This document shows positions 1 through 12,599 of a stretch of DNA of 64,000 nt, one piece after another. Every line of letters begins with the position of its first letter. Within the stretch, counting starts at the first letter, position 1. Location: positions 383,904,001-383,968,000 of the forward strand of contig OZ024740.1 in assembly GCA_964016885.1 (NCBI GenBank), read 5' to 3'. The position numbers and the translations under genes were made by a program. The notes under the pieces are model-generated. The model was not told the DNA's origin, searched no databases, and was given only the letters and a program-made list of their open reading frames with translations. The DNA comes from Eledone cirrhosa. Taxonomy: Eukaryota.

Positions 1-400
1 AATTCCAGAATTACCTGACATGACAGTGCTCCCAGAATGCTTTGCAAGTTCGATATAAGCATTACAGTCATGGGAGTGCCGTCCATCGAGCATGCCCGAG
101 ATACGCACAGGGTGATTAAAGCATCATGCACGTATTCGTTCACCACCCGAATGATGACAAACATGTAGAACAGATTCTGCTATGAAATGAATCCATTGTG
201 ATGATTGCTCTGTCACCTTCCCTTAACTCGGATGGTCAGCTAGTGTTTATAAGCGAAAGAGGTTGTAAGGTGGCCGAGATTAAAGGACGTGAAGAGAAAG
301 ATTTTCCTCTTTGGCGAATCATCTATCAACTGTTTCAAATTTCACTTCGTGAGGAAAATCAAGGCCAAGAGGTTAGTGTTGAATTCTCGGCATTTTGCTG
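1..400 (+). pseudogene. Possible highly decayed 3' (restriction-like endonuclease) fragment of a CRE-type non-LTR retrotransposon
   Basis: Broken frames give PDMTVLP..FDISIT and VFISERGCKVAEIKGREEKDFPLWRIIYQLFQISL. These loosely parallel the C-terminus of the CRE copy at 18686-19045 (TIGSELVSRRCEPHEFEWLFQRVSVAVLRGN). Weak and by eye only. Confidence 0.3.
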
Positions 401-753
401 AAAAGTGGATGAAAGTAGCAAGTATGGTCCCTGCGAACGGGCCTGCCCTGAGAATACGCCTGTAAATAGTGGCTAAAGAAGTCAGAGCAAACATGGCTTT
501 ATGGCGTTTGTCCACGAGTAGTCTTCGGACGTCTCCTCCCTACTCCGGAATAATTATTGGTAGCATTCTATTGTTACATTCCTTTATTATTACATAACTT
601 GTTTATCTGCAAAGCCCACACAAGAAAATACACATATACACACACATTCAGTGTTTTGTTATGCGCTGTTTTAATGTTTTCCTTAATGTAAACACTTTGA
701 AGTCATTATTATTAATTTGTTATGATTATCATCATCATCCTCAACATCATCAA

Positions 754-801
<48 letters not shown>

Positions 802-802
802 C

Positions 803-836
<34 letters not shown>
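754..836. repeat. (TAC)n immediately followed by its reverse complement (AGT)n
   Basis: tactactac...tac-c-agtagt...agta read directly from the sequence. Confidence 0.95.
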
Positions 837-1559
837 AACTTTTTTATTCTCGAAGGAGTACGTATATATATTTGCTGCTCATACGTTTATCGCTTTGTTC
901 TTCAGAACGGAAGAGTGCATAACAAGCTTTGCAAACACACATAACATATACCCAGTCAAACATCCAAAAGCGTATAGAGCATTCTGAAACACTATATATA
1001 TTGACTAAGTCAGCTTCTTTATAGGAAGCACTGAGAATATATCTGAACGAATCATGTTAGTGTGCGTGTTTCTGTGTATATGTGCATGCAAGCATTTATG
1101 TATGTATACGTATAGCTTGAGTACGTTATACATTATAACTTTGGAAACTGTTATCTCTAGAGGGTGCATATATATATATATATATATATATGAGTGTGTA
1201 TGAATGCGTGAGTGTGTATGAATGTGTGAGTGTATATAGTTCTAAGTAGGTTATTTGTGCGTTTGTGTGTATTGCAATGAAAGTAAGATTCTTAACTTGA
1301 CTTTTTGACGAGACATGAAAGATTTACCATTCAATAAATTCTCAGTGACTACGAACTAAATAAAATAACAAAAAAAATAAACAAATAATAAAATAGGTAA
1401 ATAAATAAATAACATATATAAAAGGATACAGCACATAGCCGAAACATAAAGATGACAAAATAAAGTTGTTAAAAAATAGTATCGATTCTTCATGCATACA
1501 TATATACATTCTGTGAAGGGTTTATAGAAAAGTAAAGCAAGGCACCAACTTCACTATGC

Positions 1560-2560
1560 TACGCATTGCATATGGTGGTGTGTTATAGGGGGTGCTGTCT
1601 GTGATCTGTGATATACCACACAACGCCACTGGGAATGATAATGATGATTAATGGTAATGATGAATAGAAGGATAGGTTGGGAGCGGAAGTGTGGAGGTTG
1701 TACCGTTTTGGCAATAGTGATGATTTTGTTTGTATTTGTGGTGATGGGGTGATTGATGATAGTTATAAACAATTTGTGATAGTGGTGCTGTGTGAGACAA
1801 TATTGATATAATGTATTATGATGAGAAAATGATAATGATGTTGATGATGAGGAGTTGGAAGATCAGGAAAAAGGCTGAGGTAGAAGGGAAGGACGCAGGT
1901 TGGCCTAGGGGTGATTCTGTTGTTGGTGTTGGTTTTAATGATGACAACAACGTTAATGATGATGATGATGACGATGATAATAATAAGGATAATAACTATT
2001 ATTGTGAAGATGACGATTATAATAATAATGATGATAACTACTATGATGATGATGTCGATATAGATGATTATTTGAAAATGATGGTGGTGTTTATTGTGAT
2101 GCTGATGTTTAATAGGTTAATATTGATCATGATGATGACTTATGATTGAGATGAAGATGATTGTAATAATGGTAATTGCAATGATGATAGTAAGGATGAT
2201 GATAACAATGAAGGCCACAATGACGATGTTGATTATATTGGTGGGGAAATGTGTTGATGATGATGATGATTTTTATGGCGGTGTCGGTGGCGCCAAACAA
2301 TAAAAAATTACGATGTCCTATACAATAAATTCTCAATAACTATAAAAAAATACAGAAAACAACCCCAAAAAACTAAACACGTTGTTTATGGATTTATCGT
2401 GCAATAATCACCAGGAGAACCGGGAGAAAAAAATCACATGATGAAATTCATGACCACTATTACTATTATTATTGTTATTGTTATCATTATTTATATTACG
2501 ACGACGGTGATGGTGAGGAGAAGATGGAGATGGAGAAGAGGCAGAAGGTTTCTATTGATG
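1560..2560. repeat. Degenerate (GAT/AAT/GGT)-rich low-complexity region
   Basis: Interrupted triplet repeats; the ORFs here are poly-D/N/M/H artefacts. Confidence 0.7.
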
Positions 2561-3044
2561 ATTATAAGTTGATGATTGTAATTATTGTTGTCACTTAATT
2601 TGATAGTAATTATCGACGAAAATAATTAGCTTTAATAATTACCACTTTCGTCATTAGTTATATCAATTATTATCATTTTAGGTAAACACGTTGAATATGT
2701 CTGCTTGCCACCTGCTCTCTATTCTCGTTTTGGAAGCAATTCTTTTGATTTAGACATGGAGGATTTCAGCAATATCAAACCATTTATTCCTTTAACCTCT
2801 TATATGCATTTGCGACCGGGTCTCTATTTCAGAAAACTATTATTGTTATTTGTTTTATATATTGAAAGAGTATTTTGACCTCGAGTATAAACTTGGCCAA
2901 GTTCAATTTTGACCTTCATGCTTCCTGTGTTGATAAAAGAAAGTAACAGTGAAATACTAAGTAGATTTCATCAACTTTTTATGCTATCCTAAACTTTCTT
3001 TCCTTGTGTTCAAATTAGAAAAAACATTATTATTACCATTATTA

Positions 3045-3745
3045 GGGCGGCGAATTTGGCAGTATCGGTGGTGGGTCTGACGCCATGTTTTGCAGAATAG
3101 AGTTACGGCCCTTTATGATCTGAGTTCAAATCCCGCCGAGGGTAACTTTGCCTCCTTTCATCCTTACGGGCTCAATAAAATAAAGCTGCAGTAATACACT
3201 GGGCATGATTTAATCGAATATCCCCTTCCCGCAAATTGCTGGCCTTGTGCCTATATAAGAAACCATTATCAGGGCGGTGAATTTTCAGTATCGGTAGAGC
3301 GTCAGATGCCATTCTTTTCGGCATAGAGTTATGACCCTTTACGTTCTAAGTTAAAAACCACCGAGGTTAGCTTTGCCTCCTTTCATCCTCATATGCTCGA
3401 TAAAATAAAGCTGCAGTAATGCACTGGGGTCGATTTAATCGACTTTCCCCTTTCCCCAAATTGTTGGCGTTGTGCCTATAGCAAAAATCATTATTAATAT
3501 CATTAATGCACTGGGTAATTGCTGGCCTTGTGCCTAAAGTAGAAACAATTATTAATATCATTATTTGTGTGGATTGGCAGTATTGGTAGAGGGCTAGATG
3601 TGATGCTTTGACGCATTGAGTTACGGCCCCTACCATTCTGAGTTCAAATCCCGCCGAGGTTAACTTTGCCTTTCATCCTTATGGGGTCGATAAAATAAAG
3701 TACCAGTAATGCACTGGCCTTTTGCCTAAAGTAGAAACAATTATT
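3045..3745 (+). mobile_element. Tandem cluster of tRNA-derived SINEs (copies about 3045-3270, 3271-3493, partial 3507-3552, 3570-3745)
   Basis: A-box-like TGGCAGTATCGG and B-box GAGTTCAAATCC. Conserved body AACTTTGCCTTTCATCCTTACGGGGTCGATAAAATAAAGTACCAGT. Tail GGCCTTGTGCCTA..AGAAAC-(ATT)n, repeated head to tail. Confidence 0.85.
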
Positions 3746-3774
3746 TGTGTTTTCCCTCTTCCTAAAGTACTGTT

Positions 3775-4380
3775 TATGTTTCTTGCCGAGTGTTTCCTTA
3801 CATATAGGGCGAAGAAACTCCCTGCATATATTGATAGGCCACAAAAAAAACAAAACAAAAAAGTACAAAACACGGTATTTTTCTCGTCAAGCATTTTATA
3901 CAGTTACAAGTATACCATTTGATTTATACATATGCACACTATTTGTTTAAAATCATATTTACAACAGAATAACAATCAATCATATAACAGTGCATGATTG
4001 TTTGAATTCACCGTTATATTGTTACCACTTTTCTTTGTTTACACGATTAGTTATGTATATCCCCTCGGTCCTTGTCCATTTGTATTGTCCATTATTTGTC
4101 AACCCTAATGGCCAATAAACAAATAATTACTATTATTACTCTCATTTATATTTATTCTCTTCCTTCAGTTTTGTTTCCATATGTCGCCGAGTGTCTCCCC
4201 GACACCTAGAGCAAGAAACTCACTGCATGCATAAGCCACAAATAAAAAACACTCCAGGTTGTTCGGTCACCTACTTTACACAGTTGCAACTATACCAAAT
4301 TACTTTATACATGTGAACATTATCTGTTTAAAGTCATATTTACTACGGAAGGATAATCAAACATATACGAGTGCTCAATT
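3775..4380 (+). repeat. Diverged direct duplication (about 3775-4000 vs 4180-4375) with a Tx1-like 3' tail between the copies (about 4060-4140)
   Basis: GCCGAGTGT..AAGAAACTC.CTGCAT..GCCACAAA..TACAGTT.CAA.TATACCA..TTTATACAT is present twice. CCCTAATGGCCAATAAACAAATAATTACTATT resembles the LINE end at 11801-11830. Confidence 0.55.
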
Positions 4381-4829
4381 ATTTATCACTTGCTTAACTA
4401 TGTAATATAATCAATGCTATGTAGAGCATTATAATTCTCATAGCAATTATGTTCTTATCAATACGTAAGTAGTAGTAAAAAAAACAATGTTTTGCAAATC
4501 TTGCAGTCAAGGATCATTCTCAAATAATTTTCTGTTCCTTTTTTTTTATCATTTCCAGGGCTTTTACAACCACTGATATAGTAACTATCTTTCAATTTCA
4601 ATGAGCAAATCTTATATTTCCTGAGTTTCTCAATACTTGATGCAATATTGTGATTACATAGGATACTCTTCAATCAATAAAATACTTTGTTATTTTGTTC
4701 TTATACAAAATAGCTGGTTTATTAGATTTGATTGGTTTGTATGTATGTAGACGAACGGCCCAAAGAATCCTAACATGTTCGACCTCAGCTACAACACCTA
4801 TCAGCAGTTTTAATTTCATAATGACGACA

Positions 4830-6530
4830 TATTAACCAGTGTAGATATTGTCTCTTCCTTCAATATTGCCTTAAGCATTGGTTCATTACTCTCAGACACA
4901 TATTTGTGTAAACAGTTCTTCTCCACCTGACTACCGTCCTCCATGATGATTAGACCTCTTCCACCATAATCCAAATACATATATCCCTCTTCAGTGTCGA
5001 TTTCCTTTATCGTCTCACACGTTGGTCACCTCGATTCCTTTGCTTATCTTCTTTTTACCTCTCCTCACCACTATGAGTGCACACTTATAAACACCAAATT
5101 CTATACATTTATCATTGCAGAAAATATTGGACAATGTTAAAGTACATCCAAACTCTTCTCGCTCTTCCCGAAGAGTTTTAGATTGTCCATGAAGATGAGC
5201 TGGGTGATGGTAAGTTCTCGTCAGATCGTACCCTGCCTTCACTAGTCGCAATACGAGGAAAATGGGTATGAGGGTAAGGACATAGAATAAAGGGGAGGAT
5301 CTACTGCTTTGGAATATACCTCTCTTGATATTTATTCTTCCCAAGGAATCTTCCCCTGATTTTACCTCTGTCTCCCAGGTCTTCATGTTTTTACCTATTT
5401 GCAGTCTGATGTACGCTACCTTAAAGATTTATAGACGATTGGTTATCCAATAATTAGGAACCATGTCGAATACCATCTTATAATCTATCCATCCCCTGAC
5501 AAGACCAGTATGCCTCCTTCTGCAGTTCCTTATTATTATCTTGTCAATAAGTAACTAGTCTTTTGTATCGCGGGACCTCTTTCGGCATCATTTCTGTTTC
5601 TCCGGCAATATGTTATGTCAATATGGTGGTAGATTTCCTTTGACATAATGTTTGTTAGTAAGTTGCCCATCAAAGACAGACATGTAATAGGCCTATAGTT
5701 ACTTACGTCATTTCCCTTGGTTTAGTCATTTATTATTAGAACAGTGGTACCTTTTGCCAACCACTACGGTACTTCAACCAACACCAAGCAGTCACTGAAC
5801 ATGGCCACCAGTATCGGGTAGAGAGTCGTTATACTTTTAGTCCAATATCCTTGCACACCATCCGGGCCTGGTGATTTCTAGTTTGTTAGAAATGGCCTGC
5901 TTTTTAAGGGTTTTAACCGAGATATTCAAATCAGGTTGTAGGTGTGCTTGTTCATTAAACTCCTTTTTAACAGTCTCAATCAACCCTGCCCGACTATTAA
6001 CCTCAATACCCTGCACCCATATCCATCTCCAAAATGTATTGGTCCATTCAACATCAGGAGTAGCATCATTGCATTTTTCTTCCCCTTAATGCTGTTCAAA
6101 TAACATCTGCTTGTTTTCGAAAATGCGGTTTTGTCAATACTGGCTAACTCAACTCTCATATTTTTTTAATAATTTCACTTTTGGTTATGATACGTTGCTT
6201 TAGTTCCTCTATTGTAACACTTAGTCCTTTTCTCTTTGTGTTGTATCTTGTTAATCTATACTTAGTATCTATGTTTTGTAATATGCCGTTTAATAAAAAT
6301 CAAGTTTTCTAATGTCGTTTCTTATTTCCTTGATTTAAACGCTTCTTCTTCCGAGGTTCTATCCTTTCTCGCTTGTTTCGTCTTGTTTCGATGCCAAGCG
6401 ATTTTTTACACCACATTTGCGGCTGGTTTCAGAATGCTGTAACATCCTTGAAGATTCTTCATCTCAATGTACGAGACGACCGTGTTTTCCTTAGCTGTTG
6501 ATTCTTTTTACTTTTTTGTCTACAAATCTT
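4830..6530 (-). mobile_element. Decayed R4/Dong-clade non-LTR retrotransposon fragment (RT region)
   Basis: ORF 5015-5386 (WETEVKSGEDSLGRINIKRGIFQ..SPLFYVL) aligns by eye to the intact ORF 60049-63441 (WETELTSTGVSLGSVKIKRGIFQGDSLSPLLFVL). The SPGPDGVQGYW-coding DNA is seen at about 5842-5875. Many stops and frameshifts. Confidence 0.85.
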
Positions 6531-6532
6531 TA

Positions 6533-6752
6533 TTGGCAAAATCGGTAGAGCGTCGGACACCATGCTTTTCAGCAAAACGCTATGGCCCTTTACGTTCTGT
6601 GATCAAATCCCGCCTAGGTTAGATTTGCCTTTCATCCTTACGGGGTCGATCAAATAAAGTACCAGTAACGCACTGAGTCGATTCAATCGATTTTCCCTTC
6701 TCCCAAAATTACTGGCCTTGTGCCTATAAAAGAAACCATTATTATTATTATT
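6533..6752 (+). mobile_element. tRNA-derived SINE, same family as the 3045-3745 cluster
   Basis: TGGCAAAATCGG...GATCAAATCCCGCC..TTTGCCTTTCATCCTTACGGGGTCGAT..GGCCTTGTGCCTATAAAAGAAACC(ATT)n. Confidence 0.85.
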
Positions 6753-7416
6753 AGTCTGTTTGGACATCTTTTTGCTCGCTCCCAGTAAGTCGCTTTATTT
6801 ACCTGTTATAATTATTTGTTGTTATTTTTTTCTTGTTGTGTAAGGGATATAAGCCCTTGGACTTTGCTCTGTGAAGCGGAAAGTATATTTGGGCCCTTTG
6901 GCCCAAATATTTGAACAATATTTGAAGATTTTACTTTTGAAAAAAAAAAAACATCACTGAGCCAGGCCCCACAGCAATATGTCTGCTGTCGTGACACCGG
7001 CGTAAAAGTTGAGAAGAGGGTTAATGAAATTCATACAACAAACAACACCACAAACAACGTAAACAAAGACAACAACACTGAGAACACTAATTTAAAAAAA
7101 ATGACCACAGAATTACAATAACAACGTCAACCCAAATACAGACAACAGAAAAAATGTTGAATAATGAACCAACGATATTAACACCACTAGCAAGAAAATA
7201 AACAACGACAACACCAACAGCAACAATACAAATTGCAGCGAACAAGAACAACGGTGTCTCAAAAGCAAAACCAACTACAACAGTGATAACAGCAATAACA
7301 CAAACAACACCGTTTGTAGCAGTAGCAACAGCAACAGCACCAACAACAAGACCAGTAGCAGCAGCTGCGGCATCAATAATGGTGCCGCTGAAAAAGGGGC
7401 CACTTCTTTCGCAGGT

Positions 7417-8382
7417 GTGGCCCGGAATATAGAGACAGTGATAGTCACGGGAGAGGAGATGGCAGTCGTAAGAGACATGGTGACAAGGAATGAAAATAGA
7501 GTTTTCCTAAAACGTCCACCCGATTTCTGCAAAGACCAGCAGCTGCGCATGGTGGCTTACATCACCGTAAGCCAAATGTCACATCGGGTGGAGAGAGCCA
7601 CGGAAGCTCAAATCCAAAAGGCCTTGCGGTGGGTCTGGGAGCACAAAACCCACATCCCCCGAGGCAAAAATTACGCCACAGTAGACGTACATTTCGCTAC
7701 CTCGCAAGAGGAGTGGTTTCACTCTTTGGAAACCCTAAACCACTACCAACAGCAGTGGATCTCATACCCCTCCCAGACGCCACGGAATCCGACATGGAGT
7801 ATGAGGCGGCAGGGAGTTGCAAACGGTCTGCCACAAAAACAAAAGAGAAAAAACCACTTATATTCACAGTCCAAAAGCGAAAGCAAACCAAGAGGGGTAA
7901 AGGCTGCAAGGAGACTTGCCGCAACACCACTACCATCACCATCACCACCCCAAGCATCACCACCAACATCAACCACACCACCACCAGCATCACCAAAAGC
8001 ACCATCATCGCAAACACAACAAAACACACACACCCAACAGCAGCAACAAGAAGACAGCAACAAAATCACCCCTCCCCACAGAAAGTACAGAGCCATAAAC
8101 ATGGCAAATAAAGAACTCTTACAACATATAAAGCAGCACACAGACATTACAGAAAGAAATTCCTACACCGCGCCAACACCAAGAACTCTCCTCAAAAACA
8201 TAAACATCATTGAAATAAAAATAGAAGAGTACAAACTTTTAACAGAAAAATTCCCCAACGCAGCTGGAGACTTCAGAGGGTCGGTTACCAAGAGGATATA
8301 CACCAACATCCATTTGGAAACACCCATGACCAGCCAAAGGGATGGTTCTACTGTCCCTTCACCACACAATCAAGGTAAGTGA
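7417..8382 (+). pseudogene. Tx1/L1 ORF1 remnant
   Basis: 321-aa ORF immediately upstream of the APE domain, with a basic/Pro-rich C-half and a GKNYATVDVHF RRM-like patch. Probably internally damaged. Confidence 0.55.
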
Positions 8383-8414
8383 TCCTTTCTCACTGACCCC
8401 GTTTTTCATCAAAC

Positions 8415-11400
8415 ATGGCCGTACTTGGCCAGTATAAATGTACATGGCCGAATGTACGTGGTATTGGGTCATCTTCGAAGCAGGGTCGCCTGCTCAACGA
8501 CCTCAGGTCACTAAACATAGATGTGGTGACCATTAGCGAGACCAGAATCTCCGAAGCACGAGCCTTCGCACCGATATTCGGCGACTACGGTGTATATGCA
8601 TCTCCCAGCCGTCCAGGATCGGGGGTGGGGTGTTGCCGTGCTTTTTCTGCGGAGAGGCTTGGATCTCGCCATACGGGCCATCTTCCTGGACACAGAAGGT
8701 AAGTCGGTGGTGCTGGATGAGACCGGCAGTGAAGGCAATGCTTTCAGGCTAGTAGCTGTCTACGCCCCAACAAGGGCAGGACGGCCAGGTTTCTTCAGAC
8801 TTCTAGAGACCTTTCTTGGAACGTCCCGCTCTTTAGTGTTAGTGGGCGACTGGAACGGTTACTTAGATGCACGGTGGGGTTATGTGGGGTTAGTATACAG
8901 GGCAGGAGGGTGTAAAAGCCTCAGACATTTTGAACTGTCTGAGAAGTATAGACTGGATTATCCGTATGTGCCAATGTGGACATGGGCAAAACGCATCGGG
9001 TCATCCAGATCGTATTTAGATAGGGTATTCTGTAGGGAAACAGATAAGGCTAGAATATGTTGTCCACAATTTAAAGTTGTCGACTGCATGGACCAAATAT
9101 CTTTGATCTGTGAAGTTGATTTAGATAGACTCCATAGGCAGGGTCCCGGCGAGTGGAAGCTGAACGTGTAGTTTCCGGCGCGCAAAGCTTACAGGGACCG
9201 GATAGCGAATTAGTTAAGCGTGCGTTGACGGGTGCGATCGTCAACAACAGATGGTGGTTTACCCTGAAAAGGGCTATTAGAGTAGAATCGATAAGGTTTA
9301 CCAAAGGAGTAGTGAGAGAGGAAATAGAGTAGAGGGAGAGTTAGTCAGAAAGCTAGAAGAGGCGTTTAGGAGAGGCATTGCAACCGACATGCTTGCGGCG
9401 AGAATGGCACAAGACCAATTCTTCAACGCAAAGTATAAAGGCTGCGTTGCCAGAGCTAGAGCGCGTGCTCTGAGACACGAGGGGACGAAAGACGTTCAAT
9501 GGGCCCGGGTGGTGGAGGCGCGACGCGGCAACAAGTCCACAATTCCGTCTTTGCCTGGTCAAAACGGGCGCATGCTTCTCGAACACGAGCAGATGTGTGC
9601 GTCTTTTCAACATCACTTTTCAATATCACTTTTCAACATCGTCTTTTCAACATCTCAATTGTTCGGAAGCGGCGATGGGCCGGGTCGGAATATGGACTTC
9701 GGTGCATACCTCGACGGACTGCCGAGGCTCTCGACGACCGCAGCCTAGTGCCGCGAAAAGCCGATAACAACAGATGAAATACGGGAAGCGATGTCTGAAT
9801 GCACGAGGGGTTAATCAACAGGTTAGAATGGTCAGCCTTACGAGCTTTATGCGTATATGCCAGACTTGTTCGGCGACCTCTTGGCAGATGTCTACTGCAA
9901 CTGCCAGCAGAACGCAGAGTTTAAGATTTTAGCCAAGGTGTTAGCAATGAGATTGGCGCTAGTCATCGCTGATCTAGTGGGAGAGATGAAGATATGCGCG
10001 ATTCCGGACAGATCCATTGACGACAACCTCCATCACATGCGATACATCATAGAGAGGGTGGTTAGGGAACCTGGCACGGCTGGGGCCCTGATCCTGATCA
10101 ACTTGGATCAATCTAAAGCTTTTGATATGGTCGACCATCGGTACCTGGCTGCGGTCCTCACGGTGGCCGGCTTCGGTCCCGTTTTTAGGGGCTGTATCGC
10201 TGCGATGCACAGCGATATCTGCTCGATTGTGAGGGTGAATGGTCACCTGTCGCAGACTTTCAACTTCATGCGCTCGGTCTGCCAGGGTCCCCCTCTCGTC
10301 CCTCTTATACGAACTGGCCATCGAGCCGTTAATGCACAAACTGAAGACAATGAGGAGGTGTTCCACTCGAACTGGGATGTGGGAGATCCGTGTCAGCTTA
10401 CGACAACGACCTCACCGTGGTGGTATCGAGCACAAAACACGTCTAGATGCTCGGCACCGTTCTCAAGGAGTACGAAGCGGTGACAGGCGCAAAGATAAAC
10501 CAGGAATAATCGGTGGGCTTGCAACTCAGCACGTGGAGAGGCAAGTCCATGCCGCCCGACATCATCGTGGGGCGTGGGACGGAAGGACCGGTTAATTGCT
10601 CGGGGTCTGGTCCGGGCCGGACCTCCAGATGGAGAAAAAACTGGAGAGGTGACGAGCATCGTCGCCTCTCTTCTCTCGCCCAGAAATAGGCCGGGAGGAG
10701 GCTGTCTCTGAAAGGTCGGGCGGATGTGGCGAATGCCTACATCGCGTCCGTCACCTGCTACCCCCTGACCATCGTACCTTACCCCCACCCAACTCTGACC
10801 AAAATGGTGCGCCTTCTCTTCCGCTTTTTGTGAAAGGGACGTGCTCCCATGGTCAGACGATCCATTTGCTGTCAACACCCGTTGCGTGGAGGACTAGGCA
10901 TGCCGTGGCTGATGATGCGTTGAGGCTGCGACATCTCTGGTGATTCCTTGACGGTGAACAGGTGTGGTCGCCGTTTGCCAGACGTGCTTCTCCTCAGCTC
11001 GCCTCCTTGATGGAGCTGCTGTCCTGGATCAGGAAAAGACCAAGGGATGGCGCTTGGAAGCTGGAATGTCTCCAAGCGCTCCCCGCCCTCTACCAGCTGG
11101 CCACGAGTATCGGTGGAACATCCAACTCCGCGTCTTATAGAGGGCTAGTGGAAGAAAGAGCAACGACGTTCTCGGGGAGACCCTGTGCGTCGAAGACGAT
11201 CAGCTGGTAGCCCCCTCCAAGAGAACTTTCAGACCGGGGCCTATGGACAACTTCCATAAATCCCTGGCTTGGCAGTTTTACCGGGGAGCATTGCCGGTTC
11301 GGGATAAGCTCTACAGGCACGGAGGTTCTGTCAGCCGAGCCTGTCCGAGATGCACGCAGGGCGACGAAACCGTCCTGCACACACTCGTTCAGTGCCCGAG

Positions 11401-11600
11401 GATTGCTGACTTGTGGAGCTATGTCGAACACCTGCTGTCGCGTGTATAACGGATCCGGTTACCGACTGAGTCCATTGTGCAGATAGCCCCGACATCCTCC
11501 TTTAAAGAGGAGCAAGAGCAGGAAGTTTTCATCTCCCTGTCCGCCTTGGCGAAAGAGATTGTGTGGTGGACAGGTTGAAAAAGAAATGTGAGAGACGGCG
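8415..11600 (+). pseudogene. Tx1/L1 ORF2 (APE-RT), fragmented
   Basis: Successive frame fragments at 8415-8702, 8590-9171, 9389-9748, 9857-10483, 10962-11210 and 11243-11449. An apparent in-frame deletion at about 9912 (CQQN|AEFKIL) removes the usual RPI(S/T)LLN segment. Confidence 0.85.
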
Positions 11601-11825
11601 CTTGCCCTGGTGGCCGTGGTCTTTTGTGTGGTTTTCACCACTAGTGACCTCCGAAGGTTTCCCCCTTCTTGGAGAATTTTTGTTGTTTGAATTTTTTTGA
11701 TTTCTAGCCCGATTTTGTTATAACCTGTTTACACGACCAAAACCCCCTTTGTAACGTCCTGTACTGTTCTGTGCCTTCTCAAATGTTTTTCTTCGTGTCA
11801 GCCCTTGTGGCCAATAAAGAAACCA

Positions 11826-11928
<103 letters not shown>

Positions 11929-12370
11929 CAGCAGCAGCAGAAAAATGAAAATGAAAAAATGCAATACGTAATATTATATCCGGCTTCGCATATTAATATC
12001 CCTTTAGGAATTCAGTTAAAATTTTGTTGGGGTTTGGTTCTATTGTTCATTTCTTCGGAGTCGATTCACTTCGGAGTCGATTAAATAAGTGGAAATAATG
12101 CAATATTCAGAACCAATCGACTATACTTTCCTACACAATTTAGATTTTTACCAAAGTTAGATATATATTATTAGTAGCGATAAATCAATTGAACAGCGGT
12201 AGTTTTGCAAGGTGTCGAATGGAATCCCTGATGTTCGTTACGTACGAAAAGTAGAAACCTACTGGTGAGTATTATCTCCCATGTGATCTAGAACCAGGAA
12301 TATATATGAACGAGATATATCAATGACAACATGAAAAGTAGAGAATATAATAAAAAAAATAAAATGTTTG

Positions 12371-12542
<172 letters not shown>

Positions 12543-12562
12543 TGTATATGTATATAAATGTA

Positions 12563-12599
<37 letters not shown>

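Noticed and set aside
3045-3140. tRNA gene
   Set aside because: A/B boxes are present, but the sequence continues into a SINE body and tail and no cloverleaf is evident.
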